IMG/VR virus record: IMGVR_UViG_3300025120_000036
Span: 4,974-68,973 of that record
Direction: 5' to 3' (one strand)
Length of the DNA stretch: 64,000 nucleotides
Source: a virus
Below the pieces are notes generated by a model. The model made no database searches. It was not told where the DNA came from and saw only the letters and a list, made by a program, of their open reading frames with translations. The translations under genes and the position numbers were made by a program. Below are positions 30,801 through 38,526 of the stretch, in pieces. The stretch's first letter is position 1, and each line of letters opens with the position of its first letter.

Positions 30801-33800
30801 AACAGAACAAAATTACAAACGTATAAAACATCAACTTATTACGATTTAGCAGACTGGTACGGTACCGATCCTGCTATTCATGGAATGCTACACAGTGAAA
30901 ATACAGTCATAGATGCACAGGTAACTTTTGAATATCAACTTGATACTTTAAATTTAGAAACTGGACAACACGTAAAAGTAACTAAAGCAGATACTGGTGG
31001 TTGGAAGTTGTTTATGAAAACGTCAACAGGATATACAAACGTTGGTACTGAAAATGGTACAATACAGTTAAGCACTAAACTTTATGATTATTCTATTGAT
31101 AATACAGGTTACGCTGGTGATGATACCTTTGATACTAACTTCTTTGACCAAGAACCTACTATTGAAACAAGAAAAGTTTTACAAGCATTAAGAGATGATA
31201 TCTTTATTGGGGAATTAAAAGTTGAATACAACAATTTATTCTTTATTGGATTAAGAAAAGTATTAGAAGAGCAGTTGTACGTTGACTGGTTATTTAAAAC
31301 AAGTTTCCTAAATATTAAAAATAATTTCCGTGAACTAGATCAAAGAAAAACTTACACATCTGGTGCAGACACATATGTTGAAGAATATATTAAAGAAGTC
31401 AAACCATTCCATACTAAATTAAGAGAGTATAAAGTTGGTTACAATAAAACAGAAACACAAGACGGACTGTTTTCAGACTTTGACAATCCAGCATTTTACG
31501 ATGAAGATATTAAAGCAATAAGAACTTTAAACAAAGACAGTTCAGCAGATGCAACACGTATTACTGAATATCCACACAAGATATGGAATACAAGTTACAA
31601 AAAATCTGTTAAAACTTTAACACTAGTAAATGCAGGAACAGGATACACTACTGCACCAACTGTGACATTTTTAGGTGGTACATCTGATTCCACAGGACCA
31701 TTTCAAATTTTAGGTAGAAGTAGTTCAGGTGGTAGTTCAGGAACATACGGATATTTTTATCCACTGTTTTTAAACGAACAAAAGTCCAACATCTATGACA
31801 AACAAAATGGTGGAGCAGGTGCTTCTCACAGACACACGTTCGAGGAGTATCCTGGGAACGTATATTACATGCCAAATAGTTTCATTGCTAATCATGGTCT
31901 GTCAACTAGAAATTTTGCATTTAAGATGTATTACGAATCAACAGCGAACCATGCCACTGCTCAAGCAGTTGTACAAGGTGGAAAAGTTACTAAAATTAAT
32001 TTATTGACTGCTGGTGCAGGTTACGATACAACACCAACAATAATTTTATCAGGAGGCGCATCAGATGGGTCTAATCCTACCGACACAGCCAAAGTTTACG
32101 CAAATCTTGGTAATGATCTTGTGAGAGATTTTGATGTTACGTTAAGGTTTGACAGAATTACAAAAACTTCAACAGTGTATGATTGGAAAGCAAGTACATC
32201 ATACGTGTATGAGAATTTAATAAGGCACAATAACGAATTGTATAGAGCCACAAGTGATTTCACATCTACAACAACGTTCAATGATAGTATTGGAAATTTA
32301 TTTAAACTAACCGGTAATGAAAGTTACATCACTGCCGCTGACAGAACTTTAGGTATGTATACACCAGAAGCTGGAATGCCAGGAAATGATTTAACACAAT
32401 TAATGGAAGGTGTCGATTATGGAGGAGTAATGGTTACAGGTTTATTATTCAAAGAAGATCAAGGTTGGGACAAATCATCTTGGTATGATTTCCCATGGGA
32501 CACATTTGGAACTACAAAAGTTAAAACTTTTTATGGTGATGGCTCAACTGTGCTTTATACATTTGATACTGCACCAGCTGTTGGCGAAGTATACACAGTG
32601 TACTATGCAGGCGTGAGACAGACTGCTCAGGTGTTTTTAGGTGATGGTTCTACAAGAACATTAACACTTTCAACTGCTCCAGGCAATGGAGTCAAAGTTG
32701 AATTAATTCCATTTGATGACGATAAAGTTTTAACTCCTACAGATGACAGAGTTTTAGATTCTTTAGTGACAGGTGGATTGTTTTCAACAGCAGTAGGTAT
32801 TGCTCCAGGTGATATACTTACAGACGGTGATGCTTTTATTACACCTGAAAATAGTTTTGCTCCTGAAGAACAAGTACCAGGTCAAATATTTGACACATTA
32901 GATATCACAGTTTATACCACACCTGAATCTGGAGTGCCATTTATTGTAGATAAAACATATAGAGGTAACGGATCAACCACTACATTTGATATTGGACAAC
33001 AACCTGGCACACAGGCCGCGGTAATGGTAAGTTTAGATGGTGTACATCAAAACAATCTTGCTTCTGATAGCACATTAAATTATACTGTAGACACAGCGGC
33101 AAAAACAGTTTCATTTACGTCAGCACCTGTAACAAATTCAATTATAAACATAAAAAGTTTTGCAGTATCAGGAAACAATTACGTACTGTTAAACAGTTTT
33201 ACTGGCGACGGATCAACAACAGCGTTTGAAACTTCTGCTAGAGACACTTATCAACTAGACAGTGCATCACCGCAAATTTATGTAACAGAAGACGGAGTGC
33301 CTACAACAGATTACACAACAACTGAAGCAAACAGAAGAGTAACAATTACTTTTAATTCAGCTCCTGCAAATGGTAAAGCAATACAAATTGCTGGATTCAA
33401 TCAAGATCCTAGCACTAGAGCGTTTGCTGAAATTAGAAGCGAAAATATAAATTATGATTTATCAACAACAACTTATACATTAGACTTCCCTCCTGGAGCA
33501 GTTGGTCCTTTTGCGGCTCTAACATTAGTTGAAGTGAATGGCATATTGTTAAGAGGCCCAGACAATACATATTATTCAGGAGATGGTACAACTTATTCTT
33601 ATGGTGTTGTATCTGGCCTTACAGATGGTTCTACTGTTGATCCATCAAAAACTATTACTGATGCAAGTCAAATAGAAGTTTACAAAAATGGAATTAAATT
33701 AGCTCTTAACACAGACTATACAGTAGACATATCAGCACAAACAGTAGAGTTTACATCACCCCCTACCGATGCAGATGTAGTTGCTGTGTCAACATTAGTT

Positions 33801-34862
33801 GAAAATCATTACTCAATGGTGGATAATGACCTAACTTTTAATTTGGCACAATTGAGTACAGATAGTATAACCATTACTACTGGAGATGATATTAGAGTTA
33901 CAACTTTTAACAATGCTCTTGGCATGAAACATAGAAGAGAAATTCTTGAAGGAAGACAAAGCAATCAACTAGCTTTAAGTAATGATGTAATAAATGCAGA
34001 CTATGTTTTTGTTACATTAAACAATAATAGAGCTTTAGTACAAAATCAGGATTACACATTATCAGGAAAAATTATTACAGTTGGATCACATATAACTTTA
34101 ACAGCTTCAGACAGAATTGATATAATGTATTTTGCAGTTGAATCTGCAACCAACGCCACAGGATTTAGAATTTTTAAAGATATGTTAAACAGAACTTTTT
34201 ACAAACGTATTAGTGCAAATGCAACAACAACTTTAGCCAAGTCTTTAGAGCCAGGTGATAAGAAAATTACAGTTGCTAACGCCACAGTGCTTACACAACC
34301 TGACATTACAATTGATGATGGATCAACAGTGCAGTTTAGCACACCGGGTGTAATTTTTATAGATAAAGAAAGAATAGAATATTTTGCCAAATCGGGTAAC
34401 GAATTATCTCAATTAAGAAGAGGTACCCTTGGCACAGGAATTAAGGTGCACGTCTCAGGCGTATCAGTAGTTGACGCAGGTGGACAACAAACCGTACCTT
34501 ATGCTGATACTGTTTCAACCAAAACCCACGTAGGTGATGGAAGTACAGTACAGTTTACTACTACATACGCTCCGTCTCGTGCAGAAGATTTAGACATATT
34601 CATTGGTGGCCAACGATTGTCCTTCCAACACGAGACGGACGACAGTACAATTAACCCAAACTATTCGGTAGATGGAAGTACCGCAAATGTAACATTAACT
34701 CTGGCACCTGCTTCTGGAACGCAGGTAAAAATAGTACAAAAACGTGGTAATACATGGTACACAGCTGGAACAAACACAGCCGCTGACGGAAATGGACTAC
34801 AAAGTTCAACAACTGCACAGGCTAAATTCATAGCAGGAGACCCAACAAATGCGCCAGAATAA
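21888..34862 (+). CDS. Giant (4324 aa) baseplate/virion structural protein in the gp7 position
   Basis: Uninterrupted ORF after gp6; cupredoxin-like segment, FG-GAP repeats, YIKEVKPFHTK, GDGST..F repeats, C-terminal L.QLRRGTLGT. Confidence 0.8.
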   Translation: MADVPVNSTSNSATYKDKNGTVIRRSIAHLPAFYRTDANERFLNSTIDQLIQPGQLERLDGFIGREYAYTRNTTKDKYITATSTDRKNYQLEPTVTFTDQDTSSVNPEDQVKFTGTYDDYINQINFYGGFTDNHDRLNKEKVYAWNPAIDYDKLINYREYYWVPDGPNAIAISSVGTGSTTEIDVVNNAAGAYQFGIKGNTNNPTIELYRGNTYKFKVNAPGHPFYIMTEPFKTGIALDGSTSVIWSTGVTNNGTDSGTVEFVVPADAPNSLFYQCGNHTAMHGVINVKTVTSTTKIDVVNDIIGSRTYTTTSGTVLSNGMKVKFGSNVSDITNYSGNEFYVEGVGESITLSNISGLITPESYSTETTELYDTVAYDQRPYAIAFYRPETRDYITIKRDSLDQNAWSRYNRWFHKSVLETTAIANGGVANLLEEDRAKRPIIEFDSGLALYNHGLQAKTSVALVDTVTTDAFSQIVNTGGYIVDGVSLAEGMRVLFTADTDNLVKNKIFKVSFHTVDDSTILAGKKTIIALTEEDDATPVDGECVFVELGTNNQGKTYFYNGTTKIWAVGQTKTGVNQQPLFDMFDNNHTSFGNTTTYPNTSFSGAKVFEYETSDTAVTDTVLGIKVKYKTINNVGDIVFKSDISSGTFTYKSGDEFLTKSNGAGHLHYTTGLTTHNSKSGWIERSVESKQRVINTVVVTADEKLLFPINVYKNSANLSDLEVSVEVNHIRKNLTTDYTLASGTVNKYVKFVKELSVGDIIKIQTYSATKKVNGKGLYEVPENLSTNPLNTQLGEFTLGEILNHVNDIIVKNNDVVGTTPGSSNLRDLPDVRTKGGTILQHSGALPAGIFNLIDQSANAITSLDYVNLEYQKFKDNFLAQSTGKTFEGDVADFVDTIIDTLGQTKSSSFPFYYEDMVGYGPNVSLRTYTVLDSSEVEYAIDSQHTMSTPSNRAVYVYLNDVQLLLGTDYTFSTTDDSITILATIAVNDIIKIKDYASTTGSFVPPTPTKLGMYPKFKPESITDNTYRTSQTVIVGHDGSRTIAYGDYRDDLLIELEKRIYNNCKTAYDSSLLPFSDVKPSAFTKTDYTRQEVDAVLGPDFYSWAGKNGVDWQNNKTFNASDGFTWNYGFSRSHITNDFLPGYWRGIFYHLYDTDRPHTHPWEMLGYSEKPSTWETEYGPAPYSAGNSVLWEDLAAGYDRLQKKSITRYIRTNLLNYLPVDENGTLRSPASIGLVSNDLTRNLNRKWNFGDQSPGESAWRRSSAYPFTVCKLLAITRPAKFFGLFFDNSRLIVNTGGNLIDKDTEIRQNLNTAKYHLEIETDSKTGVVTRYITAGYQPWVVNYLIANNLDPATFYYDKMKGLGVQLAYKLGGFTDKQNIKVLTDSTSPSSTGGSQFIPDENIKVLFRSSNPVESYDYSGVLIELNTNLTLDGSTLEGGYKVIGYNTLRPFFKVFEPIVNGNNTKSKVGTAEALIYNNWGITTKTITYGTVLRTVQDVVNFLVGYGKYLESRGFVFDKFSNEIKEVNNWETSAKEFLYWTTQGWSAGSAITVSAGADGFNIETNNSIITRLRNMRGDYTVMDAGGRTIGTKDISTKRIGTTFSISAKNSEVGIFNATMNSVQKEHLIIFDNKTVFNDVILETTTGFRQERLKLVGWKTGGWNGDYYSPGFVFDEAKVSLWSANTNYEIGDTVEYDAKFFVAKKNHNSLSAFDFAQWIKKDSKPAPALIPNFDYKISQFNDFYNLETNNFDESQQALAQHLIGYQSRSYLENLLVNDISQYKFYQGFIRDKGTRTAIDRLLKAQFNNESLTIETYPEWMIRIGEFGNVDGLKSIQIKMDDTTFSKNIQSIELLDNANSTVSYDRSATATVDQMYSKPLDYTASTTFDHYDYTQAGIDRNTPEVFKTAGFVRPEDVQHTAFTKADLTNLDANNIKSNDLVWVANTSTLDSNTSTYNQWDVLRITSTNLRVKSLQSFNTDTQLLINTSASHTFKKLDYVTISNSQFTELNGAYQIIDVPNATSILISYANASRLGTGVSILADGSTFGTYGNLYKFVSVRVSSMDYANQSLSYKDYRDADATNKANGDRIFADNTASLWKIYEKVEPYTTTVLNSPSTTDNQDFGWAITGRNDGRTLVVSAPDLGQGTINFYFRSSSAPGTAYTLQTSLTMTDDEDTSSRLGYSLSSSIDGNFIVAGAPLANAVANDGSTRFTDSGLVKVYIWSPSTFAFTELSTIRAPHDGSSVRHRANFGWSTAIAELTESADRTTTPKYLFVGAPGHENDTGIVHMYTWGIGSDGSTYDTWTHNVSIQSAAPSNNDRFGHKVATNDNGDILAVSSISTSTAGKVEIYIRGGHTNDDSTINSWTLAQTIVGLAADGSTLNQAFGDAIAMDKSGDTLIVSAPGYDKTNQADAGAVYYYKWNADGSTNTYSLQQTLEAPDDQYNMKFGTTLAINHAGDRIVIGAEKLGNSREMRIDTGATTFDLQDTTFMDLNIGSGGAYTATKYDSKFVVDDLLVTTHVSSNDDFGRGVYINDRGVYIGAPEDDSSSAVENDGTVTIFDLDTVGSYAWKNLVTESNLIDNRKIKSAFTFNKASNRIIDYLDYYDPIKGRILGIADREINYKTEWDPAVYNVGLETDTVNSTTAWGEEHIGEVWWDLSKARWKTYEQGDQEYRAKNWGQLFPGATIDVYEWVESKLTPSEWEGQADTTAGLSSNVSGTPFVAENTTFTLKQKYSSALDGFINYYYFWVKNSVFLPDPGQSVVRRKNTTAYVSNVIANPIASGIKFYTVSDKNKIITFNVKDSLFNDNVVLNIDYSSNLNEGESHAVWKIFSEGDADDRPNATIENKWWDSLIGDDQFGNHVPDLDLPLNRKYGTGLRPRQSWYVDRYDALKQIIDYANTVMKQYQLANTIDKTNLESEEAQPTAASGEWDGSVDTYADLTYLDTREISGLSKYLVKADEQNSNGYWAIYQWSGTEWNRTKLQTYKTSTYYDLADWYGTDPAIHGMLHSENTVIDAQVTFEYQLDTLNLETGQHVKVTKADTGGWKLFMKTSTGYTNVGTENGTIQLSTKLYDYSIDNTGYAGDDTFDTNFFDQEPTIETRKVLQALRDDIFIGELKVEYNNLFFIGLRKVLEEQLYVDWLFKTSFLNIKNNFRELDQRKTYTSGADTYVEEYIKEVKPFHTKLREYKVGYNKTETQDGLFSDFDNPAFYDEDIKAIRTLNKDSSADATRITEYPHKIWNTSYKKSVKTLTLVNAGTGYTTAPTVTFLGGTSDSTGPFQILGRSSSGGSSGTYGYFYPLFLNEQKSNIYDKQNGGAGASHRHTFEEYPGNVYYMPNSFIANHGLSTRNFAFKMYYESTANHATAQAVVQGGKVTKINLLTAGAGYDTTPTIILSGGASDGSNPTDTAKVYANLGNDLVRDFDVTLRFDRITKTSTVYDWKASTSYVYENLIRHNNELYRATSDFTSTTTFNDSIGNLFKLTGNESYITAADRTLGMYTPEAGMPGNDLTQLMEGVDYGGVMVTGLLFKEDQGWDKSSWYDFPWDTFGTTKVKTFYGDGSTVLYTFDTAPAVGEVYTVYYAGVRQTAQVFLGDGSTRTLTLSTAPGNGVKVELIPFDDDKVLTPTDDRVLDSLVTGGLFSTAVGIAPGDILTDGDAFITPENSFAPEEQVPGQIFDTLDITVYTTPESGVPFIVDKTYRGNGSTTTFDIGQQPGTQAAVMVSLDGVHQNNLASDSTLNYTVDTAAKTVSFTSAPVTNSIINIKSFAVSGNNYVLLNSFTGDGSTTAFETSARDTYQLDSASPQIYVTEDGVPTTDYTTTEANRRVTITFNSAPANGKAIQIAGFNQDPSTRAFAEIRSENINYDLSTTTYTLDFPPGAVGPFAALTLVEVNGILLRGPDNTYYSGDGTTYSYGVVSGLTDGSTVDPSKTITDASQIEVYKNGIKLALNTDYTVDISAQTVEFTSPPTDADVVAVSTLVENHYSMVDNDLTFNLAQLSTDSITITTGDDIRVTTFNNALGMKHRREILEGRQSNQLALSNDVINADYVFVTLNNNRALVQNQDYTLSGKIITVGSHITLTASDRIDIMYFAVESATNATGFRIFKDMLNRTFYKRISANATTTLAKSLEPGDKKITVANATVLTQPDITIDDGSTVQFSTPGVIFIDKERIEYFAKSGNELSQLRRGTLGTGIKVHVSGVSVVDAGGQQTVPYADTVSTKTHVGDGSTVQFTTTYAPSRAEDLDIFIGGQRLSFQHETDDSTINPNYSVDGSTANVTLTLAPASGTQVKIVQKRGNTWYTAGTNTAADGNGLQSSTTAQAKFIAGDPTNAPE

Positions 34863-34872
34863 ATACAATGAG

Positions 34873-35565
34873 ATGCAAGAACAACCAATAGAAAATAAAG
34901 ACATAGAAGAGAACAAAAAGCCTGACGATAAATCAGGTGTAATGATGCAAGGACACATCAAGATCTGGGATCCAGAAACTGGTGAAGTAATTGTAGATAA
35001 AAGAAATGCTATTCATTATGAAAATATGAGTACAGGACTTGCAAATTCATTAGCTAACAAAACAACCGGTTTTGTACACGAAATGGCTTTTGGAAACGGT
35101 GGTACTACTGTTGATACAACAGGAGTTATTACATACCTGACACCAAATTCTACAGGTACAAATGCAACTTTATATAATCAAACATATTACAAAGTGGTAG
35201 ATGACAATTCATCTACAAATAAAGATACAACAAGAAATAAAATGGAAGTGAGACATACTGCAGGCAACAAATATACTGACATAGTTTGTACTTGCACATT
35301 AGATTACGGTGAACCTACTGGACAAGCCGCATTTGATAACACAACAAATTTTAATGGTGACTATGTTTTTGACGAATTGGGATTGAAGTCTTGGGAAGGT
35401 ACAGAAAATGGATCAACGAATAAATTGTTAACCCATGTAATTTTTCACCCGGTACAAAAATCTCTAAACAGATTAATACAGATTGATTACACTTTAAGAA
35501 TACAAAGTTTAACATCATTTACGGAAACAACATCAACAGGAACAACAACCACAACAACTAGTTAA
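34873..35565 (+). CDS. Virion/baseplate structural protein
   Basis: G.IKI.D, LDYGEP, FDELGL, HVIFHPVQKSLNR motifs; start placed after AATAAATA (34858-34865). Confidence 0.65.
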   Translation: MQEQPIENKDIEENKKPDDKSGVMMQGHIKIWDPETGEVIVDKRNAIHYENMSTGLANSLANKTTGFVHEMAFGNGGTTVDTTGVITYLTPNSTGTNATLYNQTYYKVVDDNSSTNKDTTRNKMEVRHTAGNKYTDIVCTCTLDYGEPTGQAAFDNTTNFNGDYVFDELGLKSWEGTENGSTNKLLTHVIFHPVQKSLNRLIQIDYTLRIQSLTSFTETTSTGTTTTTTS

Positions 35566-35567
35566 TA

Positions 35568-37070
35568 ATGGCTTATACAGTAAACAAAACAAATAGTTCA
35601 GCATCGCCAAGTTCATACACTGTGAATGATTCAGTATTGAATACACAAACTGATTTAAGTTTTATAGGAAAAGGTTATGCAGGTTATGGTGAAGTAGTTG
35701 CTGAAAACTTTTTAGCTCTATTAGAAAATTTTGCAAATACATCTGCTCCAAGTAAACCAATTACAGGACAGCTATGGTATGATACTACAAATGCAAAATT
35801 AAAAGTTTATGACGGATCATTTAAACCAACATCAGGAGCTGTTTATCAAGCGGCAGAGCCAACTGGACAAGTAGCAGGTGATCTTTGGGTTGATTCAGAT
35901 ACAGGACAACTTTTCTTTTATAATGGAAATGATAATGTTTTAGTTGGACCACCAAGTGGATCAGGAAATACAAACGGTTTTGTTTATAACACAATACAAG
36001 ATTCAACAGATGCAAATCAAAATGTCACTTACCAATACAATGATGGAAACTTAATTGCAATAATTTCAGAAGATACTTTTACACCAAAAGTTTCAATATC
36101 AGGATTTTCAACAATAACAAAAGGTATAACACTATCAACAGCAATATCAGATTTAAGGTTTGCAGGTACCTCAACAAACGCAGAAAAATTAGGCGACATA
36201 TCAGCAACATCATTTTTAAGATCAGATGCCAATGACACAACAACAGGTACCTTAGGAGTTGTCACTGACTCAGGATTTACTGTTGGTGCTGATAGCGATT
36301 TTAAAATTTCAGTTGATTCAAGTGGAGCAATACTTCAAAACGTTGTCACAAACACTGACATTACATTTAAAGTCAACGATGGAGGTGTCACAACAACAGT
36401 AATGACCATTGATGGTGCAGAATCAAGAGTTGGCATAGGGACAGCAACGCCAACTGCAAAATTAGAGGTCAACGGTGTAATCAAAGCAACATCAATTGAA
36501 ACCTCAGTAACTGGTGCATTGGCAGGAAACGTTACAGGTAACTTGTCAAGCTCGGGTGCAAACACTATGGGCACTTTGGTGATGTCAGGAAACATCACAT
36601 CACAAAATATAATTCCAGCGGCCAATACCACTTATGATTTAGGATCAAGTTCATTAGGTTACAATGTTGTGTATGCCAAAGCAACGTCGGCTCAATACGC
36701 TGACTTGGCAGAGATTTATGAATCAGATGATTCGTACGAAATTGGCACAGTGGTTGTTTTTGGAGGAGATAAAGAAATTACAATAAGCAAATTTGCTCAA
36801 GACACAAGAGTAGCAGGAGTTGTTAGTGAAAATCCTGCATACTTAATGAATAACACTTCCACAGGACAGCCAATAGCACTTGTGGGAAAAGTTCCAGTAA
36901 AAGTGCATGGAATAATTGCAAAAGGAGATCTATTAACAACGTGTGGAGAACACCATGGTTGTGGAAAAAAGGCAATGGATCCAAAAACTGGTACTATAAT
37001 AGGAAAGGCATTAGAAAACTACAATTCTACAGAGGTTGGCAGGATCTTTGTATCTGTAGGAAAACTATAA
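35568..37070 (+). CDS. Tail fibre protein with C-terminal peptidase G2-like autocleaving chaperone domain
   Basis: MAYT.N N-terminus, GQLWYD, C-terminal YADLAE...GVVS.NPAYLMN...IAL.GKVPVKV...KGD. Confidence 0.75.
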   Translation: MAYTVNKTNSSASPSSYTVNDSVLNTQTDLSFIGKGYAGYGEVVAENFLALLENFANTSAPSKPITGQLWYDTTNAKLKVYDGSFKPTSGAVYQAAEPTGQVAGDLWVDSDTGQLFFYNGNDNVLVGPPSGSGNTNGFVYNTIQDSTDANQNVTYQYNDGNLIAIISEDTFTPKVSISGFSTITKGITLSTAISDLRFAGTSTNAEKLGDISATSFLRSDANDTTTGTLGVVTDSGFTVGADSDFKISVDSSGAILQNVVTNTDITFKVNDGGVTTTVMTIDGAESRVGIGTATPTAKLEVNGVIKATSIETSVTGALAGNVTGNLSSSGANTMGTLVMSGNITSQNIIPAANTTYDLGSSSLGYNVVYAKATSAQYADLAEIYESDDSYEIGTVVVFGGDKEITISKFAQDTRVAGVVSENPAYLMNNTSTGQPIALVGKVPVKVHGIIAKGDLLTTCGEHHGCGKKAMDPKTGTIIGKALENYNSTEVGRIFVSVGKL

Positions 37071-37073
37071 ATA
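37066..37073 (+). promoter_or_regulatory. T4-type late promoter TATAAATA
   Basis: Exact consensus 7 nt before ATG 37081. Confidence 0.7.
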
Positions 37074-37080
37074 CTGGTAT

Positions 37081-38520
37081 ATGGCGTATACAATCAACAA
37101 AACAGACGGAACAGCAATAGCTACAATTACAGATGGTACTATTGATACTTCAACAAGTATAACACTTTTTGGAAAAAGTTATTCAGGGTTTGGAGAATTA
37201 TTAAACGAAGACCTTGTAAAACTATTAGAAAATTCAGCATCAAATTCAGCACCAACGGCTCCACTTAAAGGTGAGCTTTGGTTTGATACATCATCAGGTT
37301 CACTTAAGGTTTATGACGGATCAGCTTTTAAACCAACAGGTGGTGCAAAGTCTCAATCAGCAGAACCATCTTCAGCTTCGGCTGGTGATTTATGGCATGA
37401 TTCAGATGATGATCAAGTATATTTTTACACAGGATCAGCTTGGCAACTATTAGGCCCAGTATTCACATCAGGACAAACTTTATCAGGTTGGAAAATTGAA
37501 ACTATAAACGATTCAGTTGGAGCCAGTAAAGTTATTTCTTCAATGTACACTGGAAACATACAAGTTGCAATACTTTCAAAAGAAACATTTACACCACAAG
37601 TAACAATTTCAGGATTTGCTTCAATTAAAGCTGGGTTAACATTAAACTCTACATTAGGTGCAGTGTTTGAAGGTACAACAAGTCAATCTTCAGCAATAAA
37701 TGTATCAGGTACAACTAACACATCTTCAACAGTTATTGCAGGCGGTAACTTTTTAAGAGCAGATGCGGCTGATACAACAACAGGTGCATTGACTATTGAT
37801 TCAGATTCAGGTTTAATTGTTGGAGACACACAAGAGTTAACAGTAACAGTTTCATCTGGTAATGTAATAGTTGCACAAACAAGGCAAGATAAAAATTTAA
37901 GTTTTACAATTAACGATGGCGGATCAACAGTAACACCTTTGACATTTACAGGTACCACAGGTGCTATTGGTATGGTAGGAAATGTTACTATTACAGGTAA
38001 TTTAAGTGTATCTGGAGAATACGAAAATACATCATCAAATATTACAACTGTAGATGATGCATTTATAAAAACAAATACAGGAAATTCAGAAGTTGATTCA
38101 GGTTTGATAGTAGAAACATCAGACACAGATGATGCAAGATTCTTTTACGATGTATCAGAAAATCACTTCACAGCAGGACAAGGTGGGACATATTCTCAAG
38201 TAATTAGATTAGCAGACGCAACAGACGACGGTGGCGCAAATCACAGCACAGTATTGAAATCAACTTCAGCTGGTGGGCTAACAATGGATTCAGTAACAAT
38301 GGTTGCAGTTGGATCTGATATTACATCATCAACATCAACGTCCAGTAAAGTTGTTCCAACAACGGGGCAAGTTGCTAAGTCAATACAAATATGGGGTGGA
38401 TCAACAATTACTGATGACAGTTCAAACAGTATTGCTGGAAACAGATACGTAGAGACCTCAGCACCTACCTCAGGTCAAGGTAGCAACGGAGATCTTTGGT
38501 TCGTACGTGAAGGAAGTTAA
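37081..38520 (+). CDS. Tail fibre-like protein (paralog)
   Basis: Same N-terminal module (MAYTINKT...GELWFD); C-terminal AP....G.NGDLWF. Confidence 0.75.
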   Translation: MAYTINKTDGTAIATITDGTIDTSTSITLFGKSYSGFGELLNEDLVKLLENSASNSAPTAPLKGELWFDTSSGSLKVYDGSAFKPTGGAKSQSAEPSSASAGDLWHDSDDDQVYFYTGSAWQLLGPVFTSGQTLSGWKIETINDSVGASKVISSMYTGNIQVAILSKETFTPQVTISGFASIKAGLTLNSTLGAVFEGTTSQSSAINVSGTTNTSSTVIAGGNFLRADAADTTTGALTIDSDSGLIVGDTQELTVTVSSGNVIVAQTRQDKNLSFTINDGGSTVTPLTFTGTTGAIGMVGNVTITGNLSVSGEYENTSSNITTVDDAFIKTNTGNSEVDSGLIVETSDTDDARFFYDVSENHFTAGQGGTYSQVIRLADATDDGGANHSTVLKSTSAGGLTMDSVTMVAVGSDITSSTSTSSKVVPTTGQVAKSIQIWGGSTITDDSSNSIAGNRYVETSAPTSGQGSNGDLWFVREGS

Positions 38521-38526
38521 TCCTTT

